This document shows positions 41,519 through 53,629 of a DNA stretch of 64,000 nucleotides, piece after piece. The stretch is from Octopus vulgaris (taxonomy: Eukaryota). The notes under the pieces were generated by a model. It was not told where the DNA came from. It was given only the letters and a program-made list of their open reading frames with translations, and did no database searches. The stretch spans positions 134,416,001-134,480,000 of the forward strand of contig OX597818.1 of NCBI GenBank assembly GCA_951406725.2, in the 5' to 3' direction. Positions within the stretch are counted from its first letter, which is position 1; every line of letters starts with the position of its first letter. The translations under genes were made by a program, and so were the position numbers.

Positions 41519-42080
41519 TTTCCCCTGAAAATAACGATTGGAATGATCCATGATAAAAAACATTGGCATCTTAGTAAACAAATATATGAAGAGATATCTG
41601 CATGTAATTTAGTGTCGTGAGTACGTAAGCCCCATGAGTGCCGCAAACACATAACCCAAAAGCTAAATAAATACGGATGTGACTCCGGATTTTTGTATAT
41701 CCGTGATCCGTGTTGCATTTCCTTAGTGGTGTTGTTTTGTCGTTTTAATAAATTATTCAAAGAAATAGATAAAATGTCACAAAGAATTTATTTAAAAACA
41801 CATTATAAAAGGGGGAGTTAACAAAATATGCAAAACAATCAACATAGAATATAGAAATATGACCATATTTCAGTGCACTTACAATATTATCAAGGGAATT
41901 TCACGAAATATCCTTCCGAGCAAATATTTTTTAAAGATTGTTGCAATTATAAGGAGCAAAATGAGACAACATATTTTGTAAGATTAGTGTTTCACTCAGA
42001 ATATATTGCGTACTAAGTGTGGTGGCAGTGAGGTCTTGATGTGTGGTGGCGGTGTCTATTGTAGCAGTAAGAACATACTG

Positions 42081-42461
42081 TGGAGGCGCAATGGCCCAGT
42101 GGTTAGGGCAGCGGACTCGCGGTCGTAGGATCGCGGTTTCGATTCCCAGACCGGGCGTTGTGAGTGTTTATTGAGCGAAAACACCTAAAGTTCCACGAGG
42201 CCCCGGCAGGGATGGTGGTGATCCCTGCTGTACTCTTTCACCACAACTTTCTCTCACTCTTACTTCCTGTTTCTGTTGTACCTGTATTTCAAGGGGCCGG
42301 CCTTGTCACTCTCTGTGTCACGCTGAATATCCCCGAGAACAACGTTAAGGGTACACGTGTCTGTGGAGTGCTCAACCACTTACACGTTAATTTCACGAGC
42401 AGGCTGTTCCGTTGATCGGATGAACCGGAAGCCTCGTCGTCGTAACCGACGGAGTGCTTCC
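42081..42461 (+). mobile_element. SINE family A
   Basis: Full-length copy, TSD taagaacatac. Confidence 0.92.
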
Positions 42462-43020
42462 ATAAGAACATACAGTATGGTGGTGCAGCGTGGCAGTGAG
42501 GACACGTCGTGTATAATTAACGTGTGAAAATATTCACACCCAGTTAAACAATATATTGTGCAGCTGGTAATTTGATTTCAAGGAACAATAACCGTAATAA
42601 TAGTAATTTAGAAAATGCTAATTGAAATAGATTCGCAAGCCTACAAAATATTCGTTGGGATTCAACGACAGTTATCTCTCCTGATCGAACATTCTCGAAC
42701 AATCTAGAATATTCCAGAAAATTCCAGGCCAACATGTTTCACTCCCACTTTGCTAATTTACTCGGCATATCTTGAAAATAACACGCAGGAGGTCGCTAGT
42801 AGCACATCGCCTATTTAAGCGTACATTCCCGCTTAAATTAGTCTCTCTTCTCTAACTGCTTCTTCGAGATGCGACAAGGTCCAGCGGGACCACGAGAGAT
42901 CCAAGTGCATGAATTCGATATTTAATTTCCTATCAGTAGCTCGTCATGGTATTATGCGTCTAGTGCCTGTGGGAAGTAAATCTTGTAGCTTGCTTTATTT
43001 CTATTTACTCGAAGTTATCT

Positions 43021-43804
43021 GTTTCTTTATTGCCCACGAGGGGCTAAACATAGAGGGGACAAACAAGGACAGACAAAGGGATTAAGTCGATTGCATCGAC
43101 CCCAGTGCGTAACTGGTACTTAATTTATCGACCCCGAAAGGATGAAAGGCAAAGTCGACCTCGGCGGAATTTGAACTCAGAACGCAACGACAGACGCAAT
43201 ACCTATTTCTTTATTACCCACAAGGGTCTAAACACAGAGGGGACAAACAAGGACAGACATAGGTATTAAGTCGATTACATCGACCCCAGTGCGTAACTGG
43301 TACTTAATTTATCGACCCCGAAAGGATGAAAGGCAAAGTCGACCTCGGCGGAATTTGAATTCAGAACGCAACGACAGACGCAATACCTATTTCTTTATTA
43401 CCCACAAGGGGCTAAACACAGAGGGGACAAACAAGGACAGACAAATGGATTAAGTCGATTACATCGACCCCAGTGCGTAACTGGTACTTAATTTATCGAC
43501 CCCGAAAGGATGAAAGGCAAAGTCGACCTCGGCGGAATTTGAACTCAGAACGCAACGACAGACGCAATACCTATTTCTTTACTACCTACAAGGGGCTAAA
43601 CACAGAGGGGACAAACAAGGACAGACAAATGTATTAAGTCGATTACATCGACCCCAGTGCGTAACTGGTACTTAATTTATCGACCCCGAAAGGATGAAAG
43701 GCAAAGTCGACCTCGGCGGAATTTGAACTCAGAACGCAACGACAGACGAAATACCGCTAAGCATTTCGCCCGGTGTGCTAACGTTTCTGCCAGCTCGCCG
43801 CCTT
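43021..43804 (-). mobile_element. Head-to-tail tetramer of SINE C (one full unit plus three 5'-truncated ~185-bp units)
   Basis: Four repeats with identical junctions and a single flanking TSD, tactcgaagttatc. Confidence 0.92.
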
Positions 43805-44032
43805 GAAATACCTCTGTGCAGTGAATTACTCGAAGTTATCATGGAACATGGCAAGTTGTTCAAAACCTTTCTTCTTCCAAGAAATCATTATTGAACATTG
43901 TATACTCACCCTACGCTTTCACGCGCCTGAATAAAACTTTGAATGTGAAGTTAGTCGCACAGAACCAGTGTTTTCGTAATTCACTGCACAGAGGTATTTC
44001 ATGGTTATTGGATTAATATATTGGATTATATA

Positions 44033-44203
44033 GGCGCAGGAGTGGCTGTGTGGTAAGTAGCTTGCTAACCAACCACATGGTTGCGGGTTCAGTCCCACTG
44101 CGTGGCATCCTGGGCAAGTGTCTTCTGCTATAGCACCGGGCCGACCAATGCCTTGTGAGTGGATTTGGTAGACGGAAACTGAAAGAAGCCTGTCGTATAT
44201 ATG

Positions 44204-44234
<31 letters not shown>

Positions 44235-44459
44235 TTGTGTGTTTGTGTTTGTCCCCCTAGCATTGCTTGACAATCGATGCTGGTGTGTTTACTTAACGCC
44301 ACTTAACGGTTCGACAAAAGAGGCCGATAGAATAAGTACTGGGCTTACAAAAGAATAAGTCCTGGGATCGATTTGCTCGACTAAAAAGGCGGTGCTCCAG
44401 CATGACCGCAGTCAAATGACTGAAACAAGTAAAAGAGTAAAAAGAGTAAAAAGAGAGAG
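44033..44459 (+). mobile_element. SINE family B
   Basis: Full-length copy. Confidence 0.9.
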
Positions 44460-44934
44460 TAATGATTCAGTCCAATTATTAAAGTGCTGACGTTTTTACT
44501 AGCGACTTCCCACGCTAACGTAACAATGACTGGTATGGCAAGGAAGAGGGAAGGGGAGAGAAGACATGAAATAGGCAAATATTTCATGTGTCAGTAAAAA
44601 AAATTAATTAGTTCGTTAATTAGGAGTAATTGCTCAACATGCAGGTTATCGTTGGTGTTGGCGTTGTAATCATTGTTATTGCTAATACGGTTATTGTTAT
44701 CATTGTTCTTTTATCTTTTACCTGTTTCAGCCATTAGACTGCAGCCATATTTGGGCACCACCACCTTGAGGAATTTTAGTCGAGTGAATCAGTATACTGA
44801 TATATTTTGTTTATATTGTATTATTGTATTAATGTGTATATATATATGTGTAGAATTATGAGTGTCTATGCACACATTTTTATATTTTATATTTTTATAT
44901 TTATATGTAAATTTTTCTCACACTTATATTAAAT

Positions 44935-45044
44935 TCTCTGAAGAGGCCGTGAGACTTCCTTGTTAATGTCTCATTTATACCTGCTTTATATGGCTAATAG
45001 GTTAAATGAGACATACTTGTCTTCACGCCGAAACAGCTGTCAGA
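44935..45044 (+). ncRNA. Type I hammerhead motif with extended stem II (Penelope-type)
   Basis: tct-CTGAAGA-ggccgtg...cacgcc-GAAA-cagctg-TC-aga. Palindromic stem III, GUC site, and an internal tgtctcattta/taaatgagaca helix. Confidence 0.7.
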
Positions 45045-45386
45045 CATGATGTAATTGTATTTTGTATTTTATATTTCTATTTCCATGTCTAGTTATATTT
45101 GCAATATATTATGTATAATGTTATTGCTGTTATGTAATGGTGTAATAAAGTATTGATTGGGTATTATCTGATGGTTGATGATTGATTGATTTAAGTATGT
45201 TTCTCCATTTTCTCATTTGGTATTATTAATTTACGGTAATAATTTTACCCTTGCCCACATAATACAGTAAATGAATTAATTGCACCGGAATTTTTAACAT
45301 TTATGTATTAGTCTTGTTGGGTACCTCTCTAGCAGTATATTGGATATATGTTATCCCATTGAGGGTTGAATTTACAACCCCTATCT

Positions 45387-45442
<56 letters not shown>

Positions 45443-46219
45443 GAAAGCCTAAAATTTTTCATTAAATCCATTAAAATATTAATAATAAATATTATTTCCT
45501 AGTCTAGGAACAACAAAACAAGCGTAAAATAGCAAAAAAGCATATACAGGGGTATTTGAACTTAAGACGGGCTGTGATTGGTGCAATGGAGAGAGATGGC
45601 GAATTTCAGCTTTCTATTTTGTAATCTGGCCTGTCTAACAGTAACAATCTTTATTTTTTAAAATCTAAAGTGTTATTGCTTAACAGTTGTCCTTGTTATT
45701 AATAGACTACTGTAATAGGTGGGATGTTAACAGTACAGGGAGGGTTTTAAAAGTCCAAATACGCGTGAAAAAAAACCCTGTAAATATGGTGTCCCTACTT
45801 CGCGGAAACTCAATTATCGTGGCCGGTCTCGGAACCAATCTAGCGCGATAAACGCGAATAAATCACTGTATTTATTCTCTGCCCTTATTAATACTGGAAT
45901 GCATCTTAAAAGAAAAATCACAATTGCTGCAGCTATTCTTGTGTTTTTTGTTGCGTGGCCTGAGCGTGAGACATAAGATTTCGAACGCGACTGTAATTGT
46001 ATTCAAGGATTTTTTAATGTGTATGCCTATCTGTGTGAATGTGTGTGTGTGTGTGTGTGTTTAAATTCTGTCGAGAACGACTTTTCCTTCATCCTGTAGG
46101 AGGTTGATGAAATAAATACCAGTTACACACTGGTGTCGATGTAATCGACTAGTCTCCTACCGCAAAATATCACATTTTATAGAAAGGACAATAAATGACA
46201 TAATAATAATAATGATGTC

Positions 46220-46685
46220 ATTTACATTATTTACATTTGACGGATATTTGTCCTCATCTTGTTTGTTGTTAATACAACGTTTCGGCTGATATACCCTCCA
46301 GCCTTCATCAGGTGTCTTGGGGAAATTTCGAACCTGGGTTCTCATTCCTGAATTAATTTTCGATGTTGTTGTTATTATCATTCAGATCACTGCCGGGAAT
46401 CGAACACGGAATTTCGGAGTTAGTAGCTTGCGCTCTTAACTACTACGCCATATGCCCACAAACAAATGGCGTAGTGGTTAAGAATAATAAAAACAACAAC
46501 ATCGAAAAATACCTTAGAAATGAGAACCCAGTTTCGAAATTTCCCCCAAGACACCTGATGAAGGCTGGAGGGTATATCAGCCGAGACGTTGTGTTAACAA
46601 CAAACAATATGAAGACAAATATCCCTCAAATTTAAATAATATAAATAATGTACATAATTCCTCAGCTCTTAAATATAGAACTGTA
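46220..46685. mobile_element. Inverted dimer of the hammerhead-bearing unit with a tRNA-like head (46385-46457, minus)
   Basis: Minus arm runs tRNA-like A/B boxes, spacer, then hammerhead at 46272-46315. Plus arm has a truncated head and a GAAA>GAGA core. Confidence 0.8.
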
Positions 46686-47109
46686 TTAATAATAATAATT
46701 TTTTCTGGAAGATCGAATGTGTTAAATAAATGATATTTTTGAAATATTGTAGAAATGGGGATTACCTGAGTACCTATCATAATCGGAGCCATCTGGATCA
46801 ATCGTTTGGAAAGGTGAAGAGAGAAATCAGCTGCTTTAAAGTGAAGCTTCTTTGGTAAGCCAATTGAATATTTAATCTATTCGGTGTGTATAGTATGCTT
46901 ATATATAGTCTGTAAAATAACACCCGAAATAAAATTATATACCCCGAAGATAAAAGGAAAATACCTGTTTACCTGCATATTCATCTTTATACACCCACAT
47001 ACGCACTTATACACATGCGTGTGTATGTATGTATGTGTGTGTGTGTGTGTATGTATGTGTGTGTGTGTGTATGCTTATTTGTGTACAAGTGGGTATGCAT
47101 GTGTGTGTG

Positions 47110-47148
<39 letters not shown>

Positions 47149-47612
47149 CGGCATATTGATTTCTAACGATAAAGTTTTTAGGAAGGCTACAATGCTCCTT
47201 CTTGTTCGATGGTCACCATTTGTTGCGGTTGAAATTGATTTGGTAAACAATGTTATGGAATGACGATGCCAGCTGTTGTGAGGTTAAACACTTTTGTTAT
47301 GGTAGCATGTTGTCAGATGTGAAGTTGTAATATGTGAAAGATGCACAGTTTTAAGGAAATATTTATTTAAAGTTACGTTACAAATACCTTGCATCGACGA
47401 GCAGGTCTTGATACGTCCAAAGTCGACCTCGGCGGAATTTGAACTCAGAACATGAGGACGGACGAAATGCCGCTAGGTATTTTGTCCGGCGTGCAAACAT
47501 ACTGATTTGTGAGAGGATTTGGTAGACTGATTATTATTATTATTATCATTTATCGTCCTTTCTAAAAGACGGCGTGCTGGCAGAATCGTTAACCGTCCTT
47601 ACGTTCTAAGTT

Positions 47613-48602
47613 TTAATTCTGTCGAGGTCGATTTTTCCTTTCATCCTGTCGAATTCGATGAAATAAATACCAGTTACGCACTGGTGTCGATGTAATCGAC
47701 TAGTCCCCTCCCCCAAAATTTTACATTTTATAGAAAGGACAACAAATGACATAATAATAATGATATCATTTACATTATTTACATTTGACGGATATTTGTC
47801 CTCATCTTGTTTGTTGTTAATACAACGTTTCGGCTGATATACCCTCCAGCCTTCATCAGGTGTCTTGGGCAAATTTCGAACCTGGGTTCTCATTCCTAAA
47901 GTATTTTTCGATGTTGTTGTTATTATCATTCAGGTCACTGCCGGGAATCGAACTCGGAATCTTGGGGTTAATAGCCCGCGCTCTTAACTACTACGCCATA
48001 TGCCCACAAACATATGGCGTAGTGGTTAAGAATAATAAAAACAACAACATCGAAAAATACATCAGGAATGAGAACCCAGGTTCGAAATTTCCCCCAAGAC
48101 ACCTGACGAAGGCTGGAGAATATATCAGCCGAGACGTTGTGTTAACAACAAACAATATGAAGACAAATATCCCTCAAATGTAAATAATATAAATAATGTA
48201 CATAATTCCTCAGCTCTTAAATATAGAACTGTAATAATAATATTTTTTTTCTGGAAGATCGAATGTGTTAAATAAATGATATTTTTGAAATATTGTAGAA
48301 ATGGAGATTACCTGAGTACCTATCATAATCGGAGCCATCTGGGGCAATCGTTTGGAAAGGTGAAGAGAGAAATCAGCTGCTTTAAAGTGAAGCTTCTTTG
48401 GTAAGCCAATTGAATATTCGGTGAGTATAGTATGCTTATATATAGTCTGTAAAAATAACACCCGAAATAAAATTATATACCCCGAAGATAAAAGAAAAAT
48501 ACCTGTTTATCTGCATATTTATCTTTATACACCCACATACGCACTTATACACATGTGTGTGTATGCTTATTTGTGTACAAGTGGGTATGCATGTGTGTGT
48601 GT
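47613..48602 (+). repeat. ~1-kb direct duplication of 46063-47110
   Basis: Collinear high similarity, including unique flank and shared point mutations. Confidence 0.9.
47769..48233. mobile_element. Duplicate of the 46220-46685 inverted tRNA-head/hammerhead element
   Basis: tRNA-like head at 47933-48005 (minus) with GTTCGATTCC. Hammerhead at 47820-47863 (minus). Confidence 0.8.
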
Positions 48603-49173
48603 GAGAGTCTTGTTCTTGAATATAATTATATACATATTGAAACTAGACACGTGCATTCAGGTTCTACGACTTAAGGTACGACTTGTTAACTAGTTATATA
48701 ATTCATTCTTGTCAAAACATTACAAACAAACCGATTTGTTAAGATTGTACTGCGACATCATATGACACGTCATTCCAATTATGTGGAGTGAATGTCTTTT
48801 ACAAAACCACTACGACACGATTCTTATAAATATTCGAGTGTTTAATGTATTTCTGAAGGGCATCATCCCATTGTACAATATATTATCTAGTGTATATAAA
48901 TTACAGTATGTGTGCGTATATTGACCATAGGGCGCAGCAGTGGCTGTGTGGTAAAAAGCTTGCTTCCCAACCACATAATTCTGGGTTCAGTCCCACTGCG
49001 TGGCACCTTCAGCAAGTGTCTTCTACTATAGCCTCGGGCCGACTAAAGCCTTGAGATTGGATCTGGTAGACGACGGAAACTGAAAGAAGCCCGTCGTATA
49101 TATATATATATATATATATATAAATATACAGAGAGAGATGGAGAGAGATGGAGAGAGAGAGAGAGAGAAATAG

Positions 49174-49223
<50 letters not shown>

Positions 49224-49273
49224 AACTTACTTGGAAGAGAATGCGTAGCGTTCAATCATATAATATACATATT

Positions 49274-49351
<78 letters not shown>

Positions 49352-51746
49352 TTGCTATGGGCGAGCTAACTCTATGCCCATATATCATATCGTCTCCACT
49401 ATTTCAGTATTACGTGTTAAAAGTGAAACAAAAACATTTCTCTATTTTATGTCAGATACTTTCACTTTAACAATAAAAATGATAATAACAATTGAATTAT
49501 ATGTAGTAAGTAATAATTAAAATCAAACTAAAGTATAATATAATCGTAACATAACAAAAGTAAAAATAGCAATTGGTATAAAATTGCATCAATGACTTGA
49601 ACTTGAATAAGTGGTTTCACATGAATGGGAATAAATTGAAAATAAAATTAGCGTGCAGAAATGGAATAGTCCAGATGGAGCTGTGCTTTTACATTAGATT
49701 ATCTGCTAATTAGCTAGCATTAAGTATCTATATGAAGTTTGGCTGTATGTAATATCTGTTTTCTCGAACAGCCGCTTCTACAGAGAAAGGTTTGTTGTTA
49801 TTATTATTATTGTTTAACTATTGTTATCACGTTTGTTGGTTCCTCGTAAAGGAAACATTGTTGTATTGCATTTGTTAAATAATTGTAAACTGTAACACTC
49901 ACCCTTTGGGAGAAGGAGCTTTGGTTATTGTTTAAAAATTGAATTATGTCCCTGTTTGGGGAAATTGACAATATTTTCACCGTTTATACGGAAGCATTTT
50001 TGTTAGAATGCCTTCGATAGAAGAAAGTCCAAAAATGAATTTCGCTGCAGCCGTCGGTGGGCGCGAACTCATTGAAATTAAAATGGAAGAAATACGGATT
50101 GATCACCGACAAAGACGGTGAATCTAGGATAATACCACCAAAGGAAATAAAAAATTAAATTAAAGAAAAGACTATTGTCTATAAAGTATACAATGTAGAG
50201 AAAAAAAAAGATTTGATCACCTGGAGGAAAGCACCATCGAAAAGTGTCTTGGTGCGACTATGAAAGATATCTAACTAGAGGCGGTAAATTCGCCACAATA
50301 GAAGCAAGATTCGAGTCAACGGAGCGTGCAAGGGAGTACTCGACTCGAACCTTGCAAAGTGGAAATATTTTATTTTTACCTTTATATTTGGGACGTAGGA
50401 CGTCCCGGATAAAAATTTAAAATGTCTCCCCCCCCCCCCCCAGCAGAAGTAGAGGTAGGCTGGATTGTAGCCACACTTCTATACAAGAGGGAGGACAAGA
50501 TACAATTGATCGAAATTGCAAGAGACGGGCCTACAATTCCAGTCTGTTATATATTTTGAGTATTGCTATCACTAGCGATATTTGTATTGTGGCATACACA
50601 CACGCATGCACCTTTCCTCAGCGCCTGGCCTTACGCACGCATCTGCACAAATGGTACATGCACACAAAAATGCTATCTCTATGCAGTTTTAAAAGATGTT
50701 TATTTACTTGACCGGTTTCACTTTTTTAGGAGAAGATTGTCAAAAGTAACATGTAAAGGCTTTGTTGTGTTAAGTACTGGTTGCCACAAAAGTATTTAAA
50801 TACATGTATACATTCTTTGATAATAATAAGAAAATGTTAAAAACAGTTTACGAGAAAGTATTTAAGAAAATATTCAACAAAATGTATTGGGAGTTCAATA
50901 TAAATCATGTTTGTTTGGTAGTATTATATACACAGAAGGAGATATATTTAAGAACCAACCTGTCTTTTTGGCATTTTTTCTATTTTGTGTGTAGCTAAGG
51001 AATGTTTGCTATTTTAAGGGACAGTGTGGGAGATTGATTGGAGTGGGGAGGAAGGAGGGGCAATGTGGAATTAAAAGGATTTTTTTGTTTCTGGGCTAGT
51101 CTGTCATGGTTCAGTGGTTTCTAGGACTGGTCTTAGAGGTTAGAATGGTGTGAGTATGTGTGTCTCTGTGCACGTCTCTATGTGTGTATGTTATGTATAT
51201 ACATGTGTTTGTGTGTGTGCAGTTTTTGATTGGTCCCAGAGTTCATTGTGGCGTGTGTATATGGGTCTGTGTGTGTTTTATATTTGGTAGGATGGTGTGT
51301 GTATATGTGTGTATGTTTGTGTGTGTGTATGTGTGTGATTAATATTTGTTAGGACGTTGTGTGTGCGTATGTGTGTGTGTGTGTTTGTACGCGTTTGTGT
51401 ATGTGTTTGTTCGAATGTGTGTATGTGTGCGTCTGTTGGTGCGTGTGTATGTTTGTGTGCTTTGTGTTGGTGGGGATGTTGTGTGTGTACGTGAGTCTGT
51501 ATATACGAGAGTGTGTGTGTACGTGAGTGTGTGTGTACGTAAGTGTTTGTGTGTGTCTCTGTCTGAGTATGTTTGTGTTGTTATAATTGTCTTGGTGGTG
51601 TGTGTGTCCTGGTGGTGTATATGTATGTGTCTCTCTCTCACTATATCAACCTCTTTTTCTCTCTAGAGGAAAAACACGAGAGACGGCCGGAAAAAGGGGG
51701 TTACGGAGAAAAACAAGTGTCTATATGTTCCTCTCTATGTCTCTAT

Positions 51747-51781
<35 letters not shown>

Positions 51782-51871
51782 TATCTCTACCTCTTTTTCT
51801 CTCTAGAGAAAATACGTGAGACAGAGGGGGTTAGCGAGAAAAAAACAAGTGAGACAGATGCGGGATGGAGG

Positions 51872-51980
51872 TAGCCACATCTATAAATCTATCGACAAAG
51901 TTGTTGACGAGAACGATGCTGTTCATTATCCTGTTGAACTCCTCAACAGTCTGGAACCGTCCGGTATGCCGCTACACAAT
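51872..51980 (+). mobile_element. Helitron helicase fragment
   Basis: [36 protein letters not shown], homologous to ORF 5654..5890. Confidence 0.75.
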
Positions 51981-51986
51981 AGGCCT

Positions 51987-52370
51987 GGAAGCACTCCGTC
52001 GGTTACGACGACGAGGGTTCCGGTTGATCCGATCAACGGAACAGCCTGCTCGTGAAATTAACGTGTAAGTGGCTGAGCACTCCACAGACACGTGTACCCT
52101 TAACGTAGTTCTCGGGGATATTCAGCGTGACACAGAGAGTGACAAGGCCGGCCCCTTGAAATACAGGTACAAGAGAAACAGGAAGTAAGAGTGAGAGAAA
52201 GTTGTGGTGAAAGAGTACAGCAGGGATCACCACCATCCCCTGCCGGAGCGTCGTGGAGCTTTTAGGTGTTTTCGCTCAATAAACACTCACAACGCCCGGT
52301 CTGGGAATCGAAACCGCGATCCTACGACCGCGAGTCCGCTGCCCTAACCACTGGGCCATTGCGCCTCCAC
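51987..52370 (-). mobile_element. SINE family A
   Basis: Full-length copy. Confidence 0.92.
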
Positions 52371-52379
52371 CCAAGGCCT

Positions 52380-53517
52380 TAACTACATTAGATATCATCT
52401 GGGCGTATCATCAGGAAGCCGACATCAGAATCAGTGGAGGTCTGCTTCAGTTGTGTCATCACCCCGTAGACAGCTCCCTATTCTTTTCCAGCAGGTTGTT
52501 GAGGACAACAACAAAGTTATAGATAGAGTTCAATCGGGTACTGTTAGGGACCACCAGTCTCCTCTTCAACGCGTCCAGAATGCTGTATGCCTATTTCTTT
52601 ATTATCCACAAGGGGCTAAACACAGAGCGGACAAACAAGGACAGACATAGGTATTAAGTCGATTACATCGACCCCAGTGCGCAACTGGTACTTAATTTAT
52701 CGACCCCGAAAGGATGAAAGGCAAAGTCGACCTCGGCGGAATTTGAACTCACAACGTAGCGGCAGACAAAATACCGCTAAGCATTTCGCCCGGCGTGCTA
52801 ACGTTTCTGCCAGCTCGCCGCACCTTGGGCAAAAGAATGCTGTATGCCACCACCCTGCTGCGGTTCTGCAGATTCCACAGCTACTGTGCTTTGAACATGA
52901 CCTTCCTGTAGGCCAACTTGAACGAAGCGCTATCAAGAGCCTTGTCGGCATCCACGCTGGCTACCAAGTTGAAGGCATGGGCTGCGCACTTCATGTGCAC
53001 TGACAGGTTGAGGTCCAGGCCACTGGATTCGTCCAGGCCACTGGATTCGACATCAACAGAGATATACTCAACTTCGTCCACATCCCCACCCTCAGGATTC
53101 ACGTCCAGATCCACATCCTCGACGCCCTCCACGTCCGGATCGGCAGCAGCCTCAGCAATGTCAAACAAGAAACCAACTTCTATACCATACTGCATAAGTG
53201 CTTTGACAAATTTTTGCTGTTGTCTGTCGTGGTCCTGGTCACCTTGTTTTGCAGATGGAACTTGTAATGGATGTCCACCATGGCCTGGGCGAGAACAGCA
53301 AAGGTGTGATGTCCTTTGAGTCGAGAGCGGGCCAGGACGGCGCGTTGTCTCATGCGGGCCTTGGAGTCCGGCCAGTGTGCTGTCATCCCTAGCCACGACC
53401 TGTTGTGGCCCGACCAGTAGTCTGCGATGGTCGCATCCAGGGGACATCCTGGAGCAGTCTAATTAAAAAAATCTTAAATTGAAAAGTGACATAAAATTGT
53501 AAGGTTAAAAACTTGAA

Positions 53518-53557
<40 letters not shown>

Positions 53558-53590
53558 TGTGTGTGTGTGTGTCTGTGTGTGTGTGTGTGC

Positions 53591-53629
<39 letters not shown>

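Noticed and set aside
43021-43804. Regular repeats resembling a CRISPR array
   Set aside because: The units are ~185-bp SINE copies with no unique spacers, in a eukaryotic context with no cas genes.
43910-44032. 5' non-coding exon and TATA box of the chitinase-like gene
   Set aside because: The donor gtgagt and TATATAA are plausible, but such motifs are common here (another donor at ~49901). It cannot be supported without transcripts.
47933-48005. Functional tRNA gene
   Set aside because: A and B boxes are present but the acceptor stem does not pair, and it is embedded in a repeat. The same applies to the SINE heads.
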